From the NCBI GenBank assembly GCA_050298055.1, contig JBNKTL010000007.1:1-46383 (forward strand): a stretch of DNA of 46,383 bases. Direction: 5' to 3'. The notes under the pieces were generated by a model, which was given only the letters and a program-made list of their open reading frames with translations, did no database searches and had not been told where the DNA came from. The position numbers were made by a program, and so were the translations under genes. This document shows, piece by piece, positions 1-9,956 of the stretch (the stretch's first letter is position 1; every line of letters begins with the position of its first letter). Source of the DNA: Spirochaetota bacterium. GTDB lineage: Bacteria > Spirochaetota > UBA4802 > UBA5550.

Positions 1-206
1 CCCCCAATCTTGATAATCGAGGTAGATTTATACAATAACTGTTTATTTCAATTTGTAAAAATCGACAGACAAGGGGGTTAGGGGGCTTCCTTCATGAACT
101 TCGTTGTAAAAAATCTTTTTTTAAAACAAACAGTGATTTATATTGATTAATTATCAGTTAAAATTATATTGTATTTTCTTATATTATCCTGATGGACGGA
201 GTTGCT

Positions 207-770
207 ATGTCCCAGAGGCTGAAGCGTCTTTACAGAAATTACAGGTTCCTGTTATTTATTGTTCTTATCCTCTGGTTTATCCTCCTGGTCAGTTACCTGG
301 TACCCATAAACAACCTGGGGATTATACCAAGGAGTATCTACGGACTTCCGGGAATATTGATATCGCCGTTCCTCCACCAGGGATTTTCACACCTGATCAC
401 AAACAGCATGAGTATTCTTCTCCTGGGAATATTTCTCACAGGTCTTGAAGCTGACCGGACTCCCGGGATACTTGTATTCCTGGCTCTTCTTTCGGGAGCG
501 GGTACCTGGCTCATAGGCAGGGGAGATGCAATACATATCGGGGCAAGCGGTGTTATTTATGGTATGCTCGGTTACCTGATCTCTACCGGTTTTTTCAACC
601 GGAACATGAAAACGGTTCTTGTCTCTCTGTTGATATTAATTCTCTACGGCGGGGCTGTCTGGGGAGTTCTCCCAGCGGGAAAATTTATTTCATGGGAAAG
701 CCACCTGTCAGGTTTTATCAGTGGAATTATTGTTGCAGGGATCTACTCAAAGAGAAAGAGGAGACGATAA
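207..770 (+). CDS. Rhomboid-family intramembrane serine protease
   Basis: Hydrophobic protein with PFLH..FSHL..N, catalytic GASG (HIGASGVIYG) and SWESHLSG His motif; GGAG RBS before ATG 207 (ORF track starts 192). Confidence 0.9.
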   Translation: MSQRLKRLYRNYRFLLFIVLILWFILLVSYLVPINNLGIIPRSIYGLPGILISPFLHQGFSHLITNSMSILLLGIFLTGLEADRTPGILVFLALLSGAGTWLIGRGDAIHIGASGVIYGMLGYLISTGFFNRNMKTVLVSLLILILYGGAVWGVLPAGKFISWESHLSGFISGIIVAGIYSKRKRRR

Positions 771-782
771 CGGGCAGTTTTT

Positions 783-980
783 TCACCAGTTATGGCTGTA
801 AAAAGGTATGTAGTAAATCTCATCAGGCTTTGTTCGGCCATTAACCCGGGTAACAGTTTTACCTGCCATGTTATTTGAATCTTCAATTGTCGGCCCGAGA
901 CCATTAACAGTGCCGACCCGGCCGGTTGTCGAACAGGATACAAGCGAAATAAAAATAAACAGGAAAAGCAGCTTTTTCAT
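783..980 (-). CDS. Small putative lipoprotein (65 aa)
   Basis: MKK + hydrophobic stretch + LVSC lipobox-like Cys; upstream sigma70-like promoter. Confidence 0.6.
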   Translation of the reverse strand: MKKLLFLFIFISLVSCSTTGRVGTVNGLGPTIEDSNNMAGKTVTRVNGRTKPDEIYYIPFYSHNW

Positions 981-1000
981 ATTAGTATCTAAATTTATGG

Positions 1001-1105
1001 TTTCTTATCAGCTATATGACTAAATTACGAATATCAACAATATGCCCCCGCCGCCCAAGGCAACGGGGACATATCAGTTTTTTTCTTCAGGATAATGAGT
1101 AATTA
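1001..1105. mobile_element. MITE-like element, copy 1 (degenerate)
   Basis: TCAGCTATATG at 1008-1018, internal hairpin ATATGCCCCCGCCGCC-CAA-GGCAACGGGGACATAT, TGAGTAATTA end; similar to the 8268-8411 copy. Confidence 0.5.
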
Positions 1106-1133
1106 AAATACTAACTCTTACACTATATGTCAA
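1105..1133 (-). promoter_or_regulatory. Candidate sigma70 promoter for the small lipoprotein
   Basis: Minus strand reads TTGACA-17 bp-TATTTT. Confidence 0.45.
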
Positions 1134-1209
1134 GAATATTAGAAATAGTTAATAAAAAATTAACATTTTCGCAACAATTTATTAATATATACCCGGGTAT
1201 TGAGAAATT

Positions 1210-2610
1210 ATGAAAAAGTCTGTATGTTTATTTCCTCTTCTTTTTTTTCTCCTCCAGCAGGGACTTTTTTCTTCGGAAAAGGTTACACAGGTTGAGATTA
1301 TCCTGGACGCTTCAAGGAGTATGAGAAACAGGATCGGGAACGAGAGAAAAATCCAGATGGCAAAGAAGGCGCTTCTCGGAATGATGGAGGATCTCCGGGA
1401 GAGAAAAGATATCCGTAAAGGGCTCAGAATTTTCGGACACAGGAGCAAGCTCTGCAGGAATACGGTTCTTGAGGCGGGAATCAATACAGGGAATGAAAAA
1501 AATATCAGGGATATTGTAAGGAGAGTTAAGGCCGTAGGAAATACACCCATCGCATATTCACTCATAAAGGCATCTGAAGATTTTGACATAAATCAAAAAG
1601 GTGAGAAGATAATCTTACTGATAACAGATGGGAATGAGACCTGCGGTGATAATCCCTGCCTTGTTGCCGAAAAGCTTAAAATGAAGGGGGTTATTTCACG
1701 GATTCATATTGTGGGTCTTGGTCTTTCCAGTGATAATCTTGATAAACTCCAATGTATCGTAAAGCCATTTGGCGGCGTTGTTATCAGTGTTGATGAACCT
1801 GAGAAGCTCAGGGAAAATCTTCTTTCCCTGGTAGGGAAGGAGTCGCAAAGCGGGCATGTGAGGGAGAGAACCGAATCGAAGAACCTGGTTGTCACCGGTA
1901 TGGATAAAAACGGGAAAAAGCTCTTTCTCAATGTTGATGTCAGGCAGGGAGATAAAAAAATCGTTTCACAAAGGGGAGAGATAGTTTCTTTTTCCCTTGA
2001 ACCGGGCAAATACTCCCTCCTTGTAAAATCGGACGAGATTAAAGGGGAATATACACTCGATGAAATAGAAGTCATCAGGGGGAAGTTGACAAGAAAAAAT
2101 CTGGATTTCAGCAAATCTCTTCTCATTATCCGTGTCAGGGATATATTGCAGAACCATGTTGATACGGAGATCGAGATCTCAAGGGAAGATACAGGTGAAA
2201 TCGTAAAAAAGATAGAGAGGGTAGAGGTCACCGTTGATAATATCCGCCTCTCCCCGGGGCTCTACAATATTATTGTCAGGGACATGGAAACCGGTTATAC
2301 TGCCCGACTCAGGAACATCAGGATAAATCCCGGAACAAACATCCGGAAACTGATCTTCAGGAGAGGGAGAGTTGAAGTATCAGGAAAAAGCAAAAGCGGT
2401 ACGGTCAAGTATACTGCCGTCTATATCTATAAAGCCGGGACCGGAAGCTTAATTAAAAAATCCACCGGCACCAGGAACCACATGTTTATCCTCCTCCCGG
2501 GCAGATATGATATCAGGATAAAGGACTGGTACGGCAGGGGCGAACGCCTCTTAAAGAATGTTGAAATTGTTGATGGGAAAACCGTTGTAAAAACCGCTGT
2601 TATTGATTAA
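1210..2610 (+). CDS. Secreted VWA-domain protein with C-terminal repeated beta-rich modules
   Basis: Signal peptide; MIDAS motif DASRS, GNTP, LITDG; three PGxY-containing repeats (PGKY, PGLY, PGRY). Confidence 0.8.
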   Translation: MKKSVCLFPLLFFLLQQGLFSSEKVTQVEIILDASRSMRNRIGNERKIQMAKKALLGMMEDLRERKDIRKGLRIFGHRSKLCRNTVLEAGINTGNEKNIRDIVRRVKAVGNTPIAYSLIKASEDFDINQKGEKIILLITDGNETCGDNPCLVAEKLKMKGVISRIHIVGLGLSSDNLDKLQCIVKPFGGVVISVDEPEKLRENLLSLVGKESQSGHVRERTESKNLVVTGMDKNGKKLFLNVDVRQGDKKIVSQRGEIVSFSLEPGKYSLLVKSDEIKGEYTLDEIEVIRGKLTRKNLDFSKSLLIIRVRDILQNHVDTEIEISREDTGEIVKKIERVEVTVDNIRLSPGLYNIIVRDMETGYTARLRNIRINPGTNIRKLIFRRGRVEVSGKSKSGTVKYTAVYIYKAGTGSLIKKSTGTRNHMFILLPGRYDIRIKDWYGRGERLLKNVEIVDGKTVVKTAVID

Positions 2611-3708
2611 TTACCTTTTACTGTTTTTAATTCTCGGGATGACAACAATATCCACCCTCCGGTTAAGCGCCTTGTTCTTTGCCGAGTCGTTGGGCACAAT
2701 GGGATGAAACTCTCCGTAACCTGCCGCCGAGAATCTCGATTTATCAAGCTTTGGGTTCTTTTTTAATATATAGGCAAGGACAGAGAGCGCCCGTTCAGCG
2801 GAAAGGTGCCAGTTATCACGAAACCTTCTTCCCGATACAATGGGCACATTGTCCGTATGACCTTCTATAACAATCCTGTTTTCGGGATATTTTACGAGTA
2901 TCCCGGAAATCTTTCCAAGGGCCCTGAGAATGCTCTTTTTCAGTTTTGCCGATCCGGAGTTAAAGGATATCTTGTCATCAAGGTTTATAATAAGTTTGTC
3001 ATGGAATTTTTTCAGTCTTATCTGTCCCAGGCGGATCTCCTCTTCCAGCTGTTTTTCCAGCTCATGTGTCTGCTCGGACATTCTTTCAAGCTCTCTTTTC
3101 TGAGAATCTGAGAGCCGCTTGAGTTCCGCAAGCTCACGATTAAGGTTTTCAATCCTCTCTTTCAGCCCGGCGATCTGTTTTTCGTACTCTTTTCTCAGCC
3201 TGTTCAGTTCACGGATATGTTTTTCACGTTCACTTTTCAGTTCTTCCTTCAGGGTGTTCAGAGAATTTTCACAGTTCTCCTGAAGTTTCCTGTTTATTTC
3301 AAGAAGCTCCTGTTCCCTGTTGCCGCTCTTCTTTTTCAGGAGGTTGATTGTAGCCAGAAGCTCCTTAATCCTTCTGTCAGAGAGCCTTTTCTCCTCATCC
3401 TTCTCCTTCCGGAGTTTCTCAAGCTTCTTTTCCAGGTTGCTGATATCAGATTTAAGGCCCCTGATTTCTTTCTCAAGGTTCAGCTTGTCATTATTGTACT
3501 GTTCGTTAAGGCGTTTCAGTTCCTTCTCAAGGTTGACCTTTTTCTTGTAGAGATCATCCAGTTCAAACTTGAGAGCAAGTTTTTCATTTTGGAGCTTGGT
3601 GTACTCTGATTTTGAGTAAAAAAGCTGGGACTCCGCTTTTTTCGGATAAACGGTCAATGCAAGGAGTAGCGTAAAAATAATTATGCCTGCTTGTTTCACT
3701 GAATTCAT
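2611..3708 (-). CDS. OmpA/MotB-family peptidoglycan-binding protein with long coiled coil
   Basis: C-terminal F.SGSA.L, IEGHTDNVP, NWHLSAERA, AAGYGEFHP, NRRVDI motifs; signal peptide and about 200 aa heptad-rich region. Confidence 0.85.
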   Translation of the reverse strand: MNSVKQAGIIIFTLLLALTVYPKKAESQLFYSKSEYTKLQNEKLALKFELDDLYKKKVNLEKELKRLNEQYNNDKLNLEKEIRGLKSDISNLEKKLEKLRKEKDEEKRLSDRRIKELLATINLLKKKSGNREQELLEINRKLQENCENSLNTLKEELKSEREKHIRELNRLRKEYEKQIAGLKERIENLNRELAELKRLSDSQKRELERMSEQTHELEKQLEEEIRLGQIRLKKFHDKLIINLDDKISFNSGSAKLKKSILRALGKISGILVKYPENRIVIEGHTDNVPIVSGRRFRDNWHLSAERALSVLAYILKKNPKLDKSRFSAAGYGEFHPIVPNDSAKNKALNRRVDIVVIPRIKNSKR

Positions 3709-3726
3709 CTCTTCTCCCTTTAGCTA

Positions 3727-4461
3727 TTAGAAATCAAGGCTTCTACCCGATGCCTTTATCTTTTCTTCGGATTTTTTATACTCTTTTTCAACCTTTTGCA
3801 ATTTGCCGGATATATCCTTGAGTTTTTTCTTTCTGTCATTGTAAATTTCGATAATAGAACATACATCAACATTTGCACCCTTACTCAGGACCTTGCATCC
3901 GGTATTTTTATAGAGAAGGTCTTTTCCTTTCTCCTTTTTCCCTTCAGGAGATGATGTTTCTGTAGATTCAGCCGGTTTAAGGATATATGATTTCTCAAGT
4001 TCAAGTTCTGCAGTGAGAACATTCATCTGTGCATGTTTCTCTTCCAGTTGAAGCTCCTGGTAATCCTTTTTCAAATCATGGTATTTTTTATTGGTTGTTT
4101 GAAATGCGTTCTCATCTTTGTTCTTCTTAAGCGCCTCTCTTATGGAAGCCAGCTTTTCATTGTCAGCAAGGATAATATAGAGTTTAATATATTCATCCAG
4201 CATCGGTTTTTCAGCCTCGAGATAGTCTATCTTCCTTTTAATAACTACAAACTTCTGGTCAGTGACCTCGAGTTTCTTCTTCAGGCTTTCTATTTCGTTA
4301 TTTTTTGCAATTATCCGGCTCTTTATCCTGTTAAGATCTTCACTGCTCTTGTTCTGGAGAAATGATTCATTTACCACCGGCATGCTTGTAAAACATCCGG
4401 ATAAGGAAATAAGAAGAATAAGAAGTATAAACCTGTAAAAATTCATTATATTCATCCCCAT
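3727..4461 (-). CDS. Coiled-coil lipoprotein, hypothetical
   Basis: LLISLSGC lipobox; K/E/L-rich helical body; 18 bp upstream of and co-oriented with the MotB-like gene. Confidence 0.7.
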   Translation of the reverse strand: MGMNIMNFYRFILLILLISLSGCFTSMPVVNESFLQNKSSEDLNRIKSRIIAKNNEIESLKKKLEVTDQKFVVIKRKIDYLEAEKPMLDEYIKLYIILADNEKLASIREALKKNKDENAFQTTNKKYHDLKKDYQELQLEEKHAQMNVLTAELELEKSYILKPAESTETSSPEGKKEKGKDLLYKNTGCKVLSKGANVDVCSIIEIYNDRKKKLKDISGKLQKVEKEYKKSEEKIKASGRSLDF

Positions 4462-4614
4462 AATAATTTATATTTTAATGAAAGAAGCAGCATTCCTGCT
4501 GCCATCCCATCTCTTGCAAGAGATTAACGGATAATATATCACTCCATTACCGTTTAAATGTCAAATTATTTTTTGAATAATCTTAATAAAGAGTCTTAGT
4601 AACAGAACAATTTA

Positions 4615-5223
4615 TCATTCGTTCTCCTCTGCTTTCAAAAACTCTTCTCCGAGGCTGATCCCGGCCCTGATGGCCTTTATATTGAGATTAAGATATTTTG
4701 ACCCCTGGTATTCTTCCTTTATGGTATCTATTATTGAATTTTCGGAAACAATTGACAGATACGAAGAGAGAAAACCGAGAGAGATCATGTTGGCTGTTAT
4801 CTCCCTGTTGAACTTATCAAATGAAGTTCCGATAAAAGGGACCTTTAAGGTTTTCGCAGTACCCACCAGTACATCCACCGCTCTTTCATCGGCAATGATC
4901 AGTCCTTCCTGTTTTACCAGGGGAGCGTTCTGTTCATAAGCGGAATAGTTAAATGCCACCAGGAGGTCAAGGAGGTCACAGCTGGGAAAATAGATCTCTC
5001 CATCGCTGACGATAATATCGGAACGGGCAAATCCCCCCCGGGCTTCCGCGCCGTATGCCTGGCTCTGTGATACATTTTTTTTGTCACCGATTGCGATGGC
5101 CCGGCCCAGCAGCATCCCGGTGGAGATAATTCCCTGGCCTCCGGACCCTGCTATCCGGATATTGAGCCGTTCTATTCTCTTTTTCCCGTTATCTTTTTTT
5201 TTGCTACTCATTTTTGCCGTCAA
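4615..5223 (-). CDS. korC: 2-oxoacid:ferredoxin oxidoreductase gamma subunit
   Basis: IRIAGSGGQG, YGAEARGG motifs; last gene of a delta-alpha-beta-gamma operon. Confidence 0.9.
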   Translation of the reverse strand: MTAKMSSKKKDNGKKRIERLNIRIAGSGGQGIISTGMLLGRAIAIGDKKNVSQSQAYGAEARGGFARSDIIVSDGEIYFPSCDLLDLLVAFNYSAYEQNAPLVKQEGLIIADERAVDVLVGTAKTLKVPFIGTSFDKFNREITANMISLGFLSSYLSIVSENSIIDTIKEEYQGSKYLNLNIKAIRAGISLGEEFLKAEENE

Positions 5224-5232
5224 TTTTTTCCT

Positions 5233-6057
5233 CTACTCTTCCATCATCTTTTTCACATAGTCCCTGTATGTTGCCGTATACTCCGGTTTGATCACCTCTC
5301 TGAAAATACCTGTTATTATTTTCCCTTGCAGTTCCTCTTCGGTCATTTTTTCCGCCTTTGCCCGGGGGACACTCTTCTCCTTCTGCATTCTCAAAAGAAC
5401 TTTCGGATCACCCATATCGTTCAGTCTGCCGTACTGGACCGGGCACTGGCTTATGACCTCGTTAACGGAAAAACCGGGATGTTCTATTGCTTTTTTGATA
5501 AAATTCGTTGTCTGCATAATACCATACACGGTACTTCTCGACACAAAGGTGGCGCCGGCAGAAATTGCAAGGTTTACGGTATCGAAGGCGGGATCGTAAT
5601 TTCCCTGAGGCATTGTATGCGTTATGATGCCGGGAGGGGTTGTGGGAGCAACCTGTCCTCCTGTCATCCCGTATATGCCGTTATTTATCAGTATCAGTGT
5701 AATGTCGATGTTTCTCCTGGCCGCGTGGATAAAGTGATTGCCACCGATTGCAAGTGAGTCCCCGTCTCCCGAAACAACAATGACTTTCATGTCATGCCTG
5801 TAGAGCTTTATACCTGTGGCAAAGGCCAGGGCCCTGCCATGCGTGGTGTGCATTGTATTGAAGTCAAGGTAGACGGGCATTCTTCCCGCGCACCCGATTC
5901 CCGAGATAAAAGCAATATCATCTGCGGGTATTCCAAGATCATCAACCGCCCTGATAATGGCACCCATTATTGAACCGGTACCGCAGCCGGGACACCATAC
6001 GGTGGGGAACCTCTTCTTTAACCTCAGATACGAGTAGACTTTTGAGAGGTCATGCAT
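5233..6057 (-). CDS. korB: 2-oxoacid:ferredoxin oxidoreductase beta subunit (TPP-binding)
   Basis: WCPGCG, SGIGC, HGR, GDGD..AIGGNH, NNGIYGMTGGQ; start ATG 6057 overlaps the alpha stop. Confidence 0.92.
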   Translation of the reverse strand: MHDLSKVYSYLRLKKRFPTVWCPGCGTGSIMGAIIRAVDDLGIPADDIAFISGIGCAGRMPVYLDFNTMHTTHGRALAFATGIKLYRHDMKVIVVSGDGDSLAIGGNHFIHAARRNIDITLILINNGIYGMTGGQVAPTTPPGIITHTMPQGNYDPAFDTVNLAISAGATFVSRSTVYGIMQTTNFIKKAIEHPGFSVNEVISQCPVQYGRLNDMGDPKVLLRMQKEKSVPRAKAEKMTEEELQGKIITGIFREVIKPEYTATYRDYVKKMMEE

Positions 6058-7213
6058 AGATATTCTCCTTGATGGCGTCAACAATTTCATAAGGATTCAG
6101 TGGATTTCCGTCATACCTGTTGACTCCATGAACTGCCACACTCCGGGGGACCGTCTCCCTGACAGTATGAACAAGCTGGCCCATATTGTTTTCGGCAACA
6201 AAGACAGCCTTTATTCCCGCTTTTTCCACAATTTTTTCAAGTGGCATATAGGGGAAGGGCCAGATGGTTTTCAGATCGAAAAGCCCTGCCTTGACCCTCC
6301 TGTTCCTCAGTGTCTCCACCGCGCCCCTGGCAGCCCTTGATCCGCTGCCGTACGCGACAACCAGGTATTTTGCATCATCAGTATGATACTCATTGTACTC
6401 CCATATCTCCTGGGAGTGGAGCTCAATTTTATTTCTCAGGCCTTCAAGCCGTGTCTTCACCTCTGTATCAACCGTACTGGGGAAACCTGCCTGGTCATGA
6501 ACAAGACCGGTCATATTGTACCTGAACCCCTTTCCCAGGGGGGCAGGGTGGGAGACCATGTCCAGGCCCCCCTGATAGGGAGCATACCATTCCGGGGGGA
6601 CCTCCGGGAGGCCCCTCTTGACCTGCTCAATATTCCTGTCAATGACGAGTTTCTCCCTCATATGACCTATCATCTTGTCCATAAGAAGAATGACCGGAGT
6701 ACTGAATTTTTCCGCGAGTCTGAATGCCCTTATTGTCTTGTCATAGACCTCCTGAACGGTTGAAGGCGTTATAACAATAGCAGTGTAGTCACCGTGAGTC
6801 CCCCATCGTGTCTGCATGGTATCCGACTGGGAGAGTTTCGTGGGCAGGCCGGTTGAGGGTCCCCCCCTCTGTACATTAACAATAACAATCGGGATCTGTG
6901 TCATATACGCGTACCCGAGGTTTTCCTGCATAAGGGAAAACCCGGGACCAGAGGTGGCGGTCATGGAGACCGCCCCGGCTGCCGATGCGCCAATAATTGC
7001 TCCTATAGAGGAAATCTCATCCTCCATCTGGATAAAGGTCCCTCCCAGGCGGGGAAGATGCAGGGCCATTCCCTCTGCAATTTCCGTTGACGGAGTAATA
7101 GGGTATCCCGCGAAAAAATTACACCCGGCGTTTATTGCGCCATAGACACAGGCTTCATTCCCCTGGACAAAATAGATATCCATGTCAACATGGGGACTAT
7201 TTTTTTTCATCAT
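6050..7213 (-). CDS. korA: 2-oxoacid:ferredoxin oxidoreductase alpha subunit
   Basis: GNEA, AGYPITPSTE, QMEDE, TATSGPG, QRGGPSTGLPT motifs. Confidence 0.92.
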   Translation of the reverse strand: MMKKNSPHVDMDIYFVQGNEACVYGAINAGCNFFAGYPITPSTEIAEGMALHLPRLGGTFIQMEDEISSIGAIIGASAAGAVSMTATSGPGFSLMQENLGYAYMTQIPIVIVNVQRGGPSTGLPTKLSQSDTMQTRWGTHGDYTAIVITPSTVQEVYDKTIRAFRLAEKFSTPVILLMDKMIGHMREKLVIDRNIEQVKRGLPEVPPEWYAPYQGGLDMVSHPAPLGKGFRYNMTGLVHDQAGFPSTVDTEVKTRLEGLRNKIELHSQEIWEYNEYHTDDAKYLVVAYGSGSRAARGAVETLRNRRVKAGLFDLKTIWPFPYMPLEKIVEKAGIKAVFVAENNMGQLVHTVRETVPRSVAVHGVNRYDGNPLNPYEIVDAIKENIYA

Positions 7214-7502
7214 TGTTACTCTCTTTCTCTTTGTTTAATACAATTGCGAAATCGGGACAGATCCTGGTACAGAGGGAACACTGGTTGCACTTCTCCTGGT
7301 CAGGAAGAAAGGTGGTGCCGTCCGCTTTCTGCTCCAGGGCCCCCCGGGGGCAGATAACAGTGCAGAGTCCGCACCTTTTGCACCAGTCATGAAAAAAAAG
7401 AAGCTTTCCCTCCATGTGAGGGGCCGCAAGGGGGGCGCTTGGCTGAGAGACAAGCCCCGATTTTATAATCCTTTCCGCTTTCGGTTTAACAGGTTTTGCC
7501 AT
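7197..7502 (-). CDS. korD: 2x[4Fe-4S] ferredoxin, OFOR delta subunit
   Basis: Two CxxCxxCxxxCP motifs; overlaps the alpha start. Confidence 0.88.
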   Translation of the reverse strand: MAKPVKPKAERIIKSGLVSQPSAPLAAPHMEGKLLFFHDWCKRCGLCTVICPRGALEQKADGTTFLPDQEKCNQCSLCTRICPDFAIVLNKEKESNNDEKK

Positions 7503-7538
7503 ATAATTCCTTATTTAAACTTAAATTCATATGAAAAT

Positions 7539-7675
7539 GTGTAAGAAGGGGGAAAGGGTGATAAAGAGGGGATATGGGGAGTGAGATATTTTCAAACTTT
7601 TTTTCACTATCTCCCTATCTCCTTTTCTTACACTCTTTTTTCTCTTTCTCTGTGCGCTTTGCGCCCTTTGCAAGT
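7539..7675. repeat. Composite short-period repeat (purine arm + inverted pyrimidine arm + 9-mer module)
   Basis: 7617-7638 is the exact reverse complement of 43843-43864; 7539-7592 resembles 43848-43902; followed by CTCTGTGCG-CTTTGCGCC-CTTTGCAAG. Confidence 0.8.
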
Positions 7676-7807
7676 ATTTTAATATATCGGCATCTGTATA
7701 AAAGTCAACCATATATAAAATCATTGCATAATATTTCGGATGATGATATTCTGGTTTAATGAGTGAAAGAGAAAGGAGAATTATTTAAAGTTACAGGGGA
7801 AATATCC

Positions 7808-8260
7808 ATGCCGAGATCAAAGTTTGCAGTATTTATTCTGGCATTAATTTTGCTGGTGCACGTTTTATGTAAAAAAGAGCAGGTCAGGGACAATAAAAAT
7901 GGAAAAGAAAACCCGGTTTCTGAAAACAATAACAAAATTGACAAAAAGTATTTAAATGAGGGTTTCATCTCCGGGAATGTTTTCAGGTCAGTTATTATTG
8001 CCACGAAGGAAGAGTGTGAAGAAGGTACAGCCGATATTGAGGAGAAGTCTAAAAACAGGGCCTTCAGCTCCCTTCAGAAGTATCTTCAATCCACAGGTCA
8101 TTACTCCGGAGGAAATATAAAGGCGAGACTGCTTAACCTCATTAATCAAAACGGGAGATTTATCCCCCTGAAAAAAGAATGCCGCAAAAATAATATATAC
8201 TATTACGATATTGAAAAAGAGGATATAAAGGGACACCTGAAGAGAATTTCAATAAGATGA
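7808..8260 (+). CDS. Hypothetical exported/lipoprotein
   Basis: ATG 7808 after a purine-rich RBS; hydrophobic N-terminus ending in LC-KK. Confidence 0.65.
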   Translation: MPRSKFAVFILALILLVHVLCKKEQVRDNKNGKENPVSENNNKIDKKYLNEGFISGNVFRSVIIATKEECEEGTADIEEKSKNRAFSSLQKYLQSTGHYSGGNIKARLLNLINQNGRFIPLKKECRKNNIYYYDIEKEDIKGHLKRISIR

Positions 8261-8267
8261 ATAATCA

Positions 8268-8411
8268 TAACTACTCAGCTCTTTAGAGGCGCCTGTAAAT
8301 ATATTTACATAAGATACCAGCAATATATCCCCGCCGCCTTCGGCGGCGGGGATATATCGGTTGTCTTTTTTTGATGTATGTATTTATTCTTAAATATAAT
8401 TGAGTAGTTAC
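8268..8411. mobile_element. MITE-like element, copy 2, with a perfect 16-bp hairpin (probable bidirectional terminator)
   Basis: TAACTACTCA...TGAGTAGTTA terminal inverted repeat; ATATATCCCCGCCGCC-TTC-GGCGGCGGGGATATAT at 8323-8357; lies between convergent genes. Confidence 0.7.
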
Positions 8412-8420
8412 AATTAAACA

Positions 8421-9956
8421 TTAATATTTTTCAATCCAGTGAGTGATGATTGAGTCGATAAGTTTCGCCGAAAACTCCGACCACCTGTAAGCACCGGCTT
8501 CCGCTCTTTTTTTTAACGGGATGTTCTCCTCCTGATCCAGAGCGGCACGCTTCCCAAAATCTGAAACAAAGAGTGAAAAAACCAGTTTCCTGCCGGAATG
8601 TGCAAAGAGGTACCCGGCCAGAGAAGATGTATAGTTTATAGCGCCGGTCTTTGCCCATACCCTGAAGGCAGTTACCGGCTTATCCAGTCTTTTCTGCAAT
8701 GAACCTTTCCATCCCGATACGGGAAGCAGTGTCATATAGTCCCGTTCGTCAAACTTCATCCTGTCTGCAAGGAGGAGAACCCCGAGCATCTGCGCGGGGG
8801 ATATTCTGTTGCTGCTGGTCAGTCCCGATCCGTTAATGAGGAGAAATCCTTCCCAGTCAATTCCCCTGATCTTTCCTTTGAGGTATTCTGATATTATCCT
8901 GCCCGATTCCCTGAGTCCCATGGGTTTACCTGCCAGACTTCCCGAGGCTGTCACATTAAGAAGCTCAGCCATCATGTTATTACTGTATGTGAGCACCACC
9001 TCGCAGAGGCTCTGCAGCGACATGCTCTCATGAGTGTAAATTCTCCCGTGACCGGAGGGGATTCTCCCCCTTTCAGGATCCGGAAGCCTTATGTTATAAA
9101 GGCCGCAGAGCTTTTGAAACATGGATGCGGTATAGAGAGACGGGTTCTTTACAGGTATTCTCTTTCTCCCGTCTGGTCTTCTTTCTGTTATATGTAAAGG
9201 CATAAGCCATTTACCCCTGTCCGCTGTTCCTTTGTACCTGAACCGTATATTTTTTTTATCCTTGCTTTCAAAAGTACCCGTTTGATACATGGGAAGTTCC
9301 GGAATCATGTATAGTTTGAGTTTTTCTTTCTCTTTCTCCTTCTCTGTTTCCCACCTGAAGAAGTTAATATTAAACCAGAGGGAGAGAGAGCTGAACCCGG
9401 TGTTATATGAGGCATCTTCATGCATGCCCCTGTCGATCATTTCGGAATGGACCAGGTTCGTATCGTCATAGTAAAATTTCCCGGTAATTTCACTTATGCC
9501 CGATTCGGCCAGTTTCTCGGTCATGGTCATAAGATGGACAACCTTGAGCAACGGATCACCGCCCCCTTTCAGATAAAGGTCTCCTTCAATCCGGTTGTTT
9601 TTTATTTTCCCTGAATAGAGAAGTTCGGTTTTAAAGTGATAATCCGCTCCCAGAATATCCAGTGCGGCCGTTGTTGTAACAACCTTGGTTACAGAAGCGG
9701 GCATGAAAAGCATCTCGCTGTTGCGGCTTGTCAGGACTTTCTTTTTTCCGGGATCATAAAGGATAAACCCGAGGCTGCTCCCTTTTCTCAGTTTTCTGAT
9801 GAATTTATCTGCACCCTTTTCACTTTTGCCGGGTGTGAGATTAACAGTTAAAATTTCGGGCTCACCTTTGCATCCTGTAAAAAAAATGACAGAAACTGAG
9901 AGAATAATAAATAAATAAAGAGAATTATATGAATGTTTTTGTTTCATTATGATCAT
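8421..9956 (-). CDS. dacB: D-alanyl-D-alanine carboxypeptidase/endopeptidase (PBP4, peptidase S13)
   Basis: PASVTK (SxxK), GGGDPLL, SNN (SxN), GSGLT, AKTG motifs; lipoprotein-like N-terminus. Confidence 0.9.
   Translation of the reverse strand: MIIMKQKHSYNSLYLFIILSVSVIFFTGCKGEPEILTVNLTPGKSEKGADKFIRKLRKGSSLGFILYDPGKKKVLTSRNSEMLFMPASVTKVVTTTAALDILGADYHFKTELLYSGKIKNNRIEGDLYLKGGGDPLLKVVHLMTMTEKLAESGISEITGKFYYDDTNLVHSEMIDRGMHEDASYNTGFSSLSLWFNINFFRWETEKEKEKEKLKLYMIPELPMYQTGTFESKDKKNIRFRYKGTADRGKWLMPLHITERRPDGRKRIPVKNPSLYTASMFQKLCGLYNIRLPDPERGRIPSGHGRIYTHESMSLQSLCEVVLTYSNNMMAELLNVTASGSLAGKPMGLRESGRIISEYLKGKIRGIDWEGFLLINGSGLTSSNRISPAQMLGVLLLADRMKFDERDYMTLLPVSGWKGSLQKRLDKPVTAFRVWAKTGAINYTSSLAGYLFAHSGRKLVFSLFVSDFGKRAALDQEENIPLKKRAEAGAYRWSEFSAKLIDSIITHWIEKY

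Noticed and set aside
2611..3708. Calling this gene flagellar motB
   Set aside because: No N-terminal transmembrane segment with the conserved Asp and no adjacent motA.
7527..7759. Short ORFs 7527-7724 (-) and 7574-7759 (+), similarly 30330-30518 and 36850-37071
   Set aside because: They read through repeat modules or overlap real genes; low-complexity translations.
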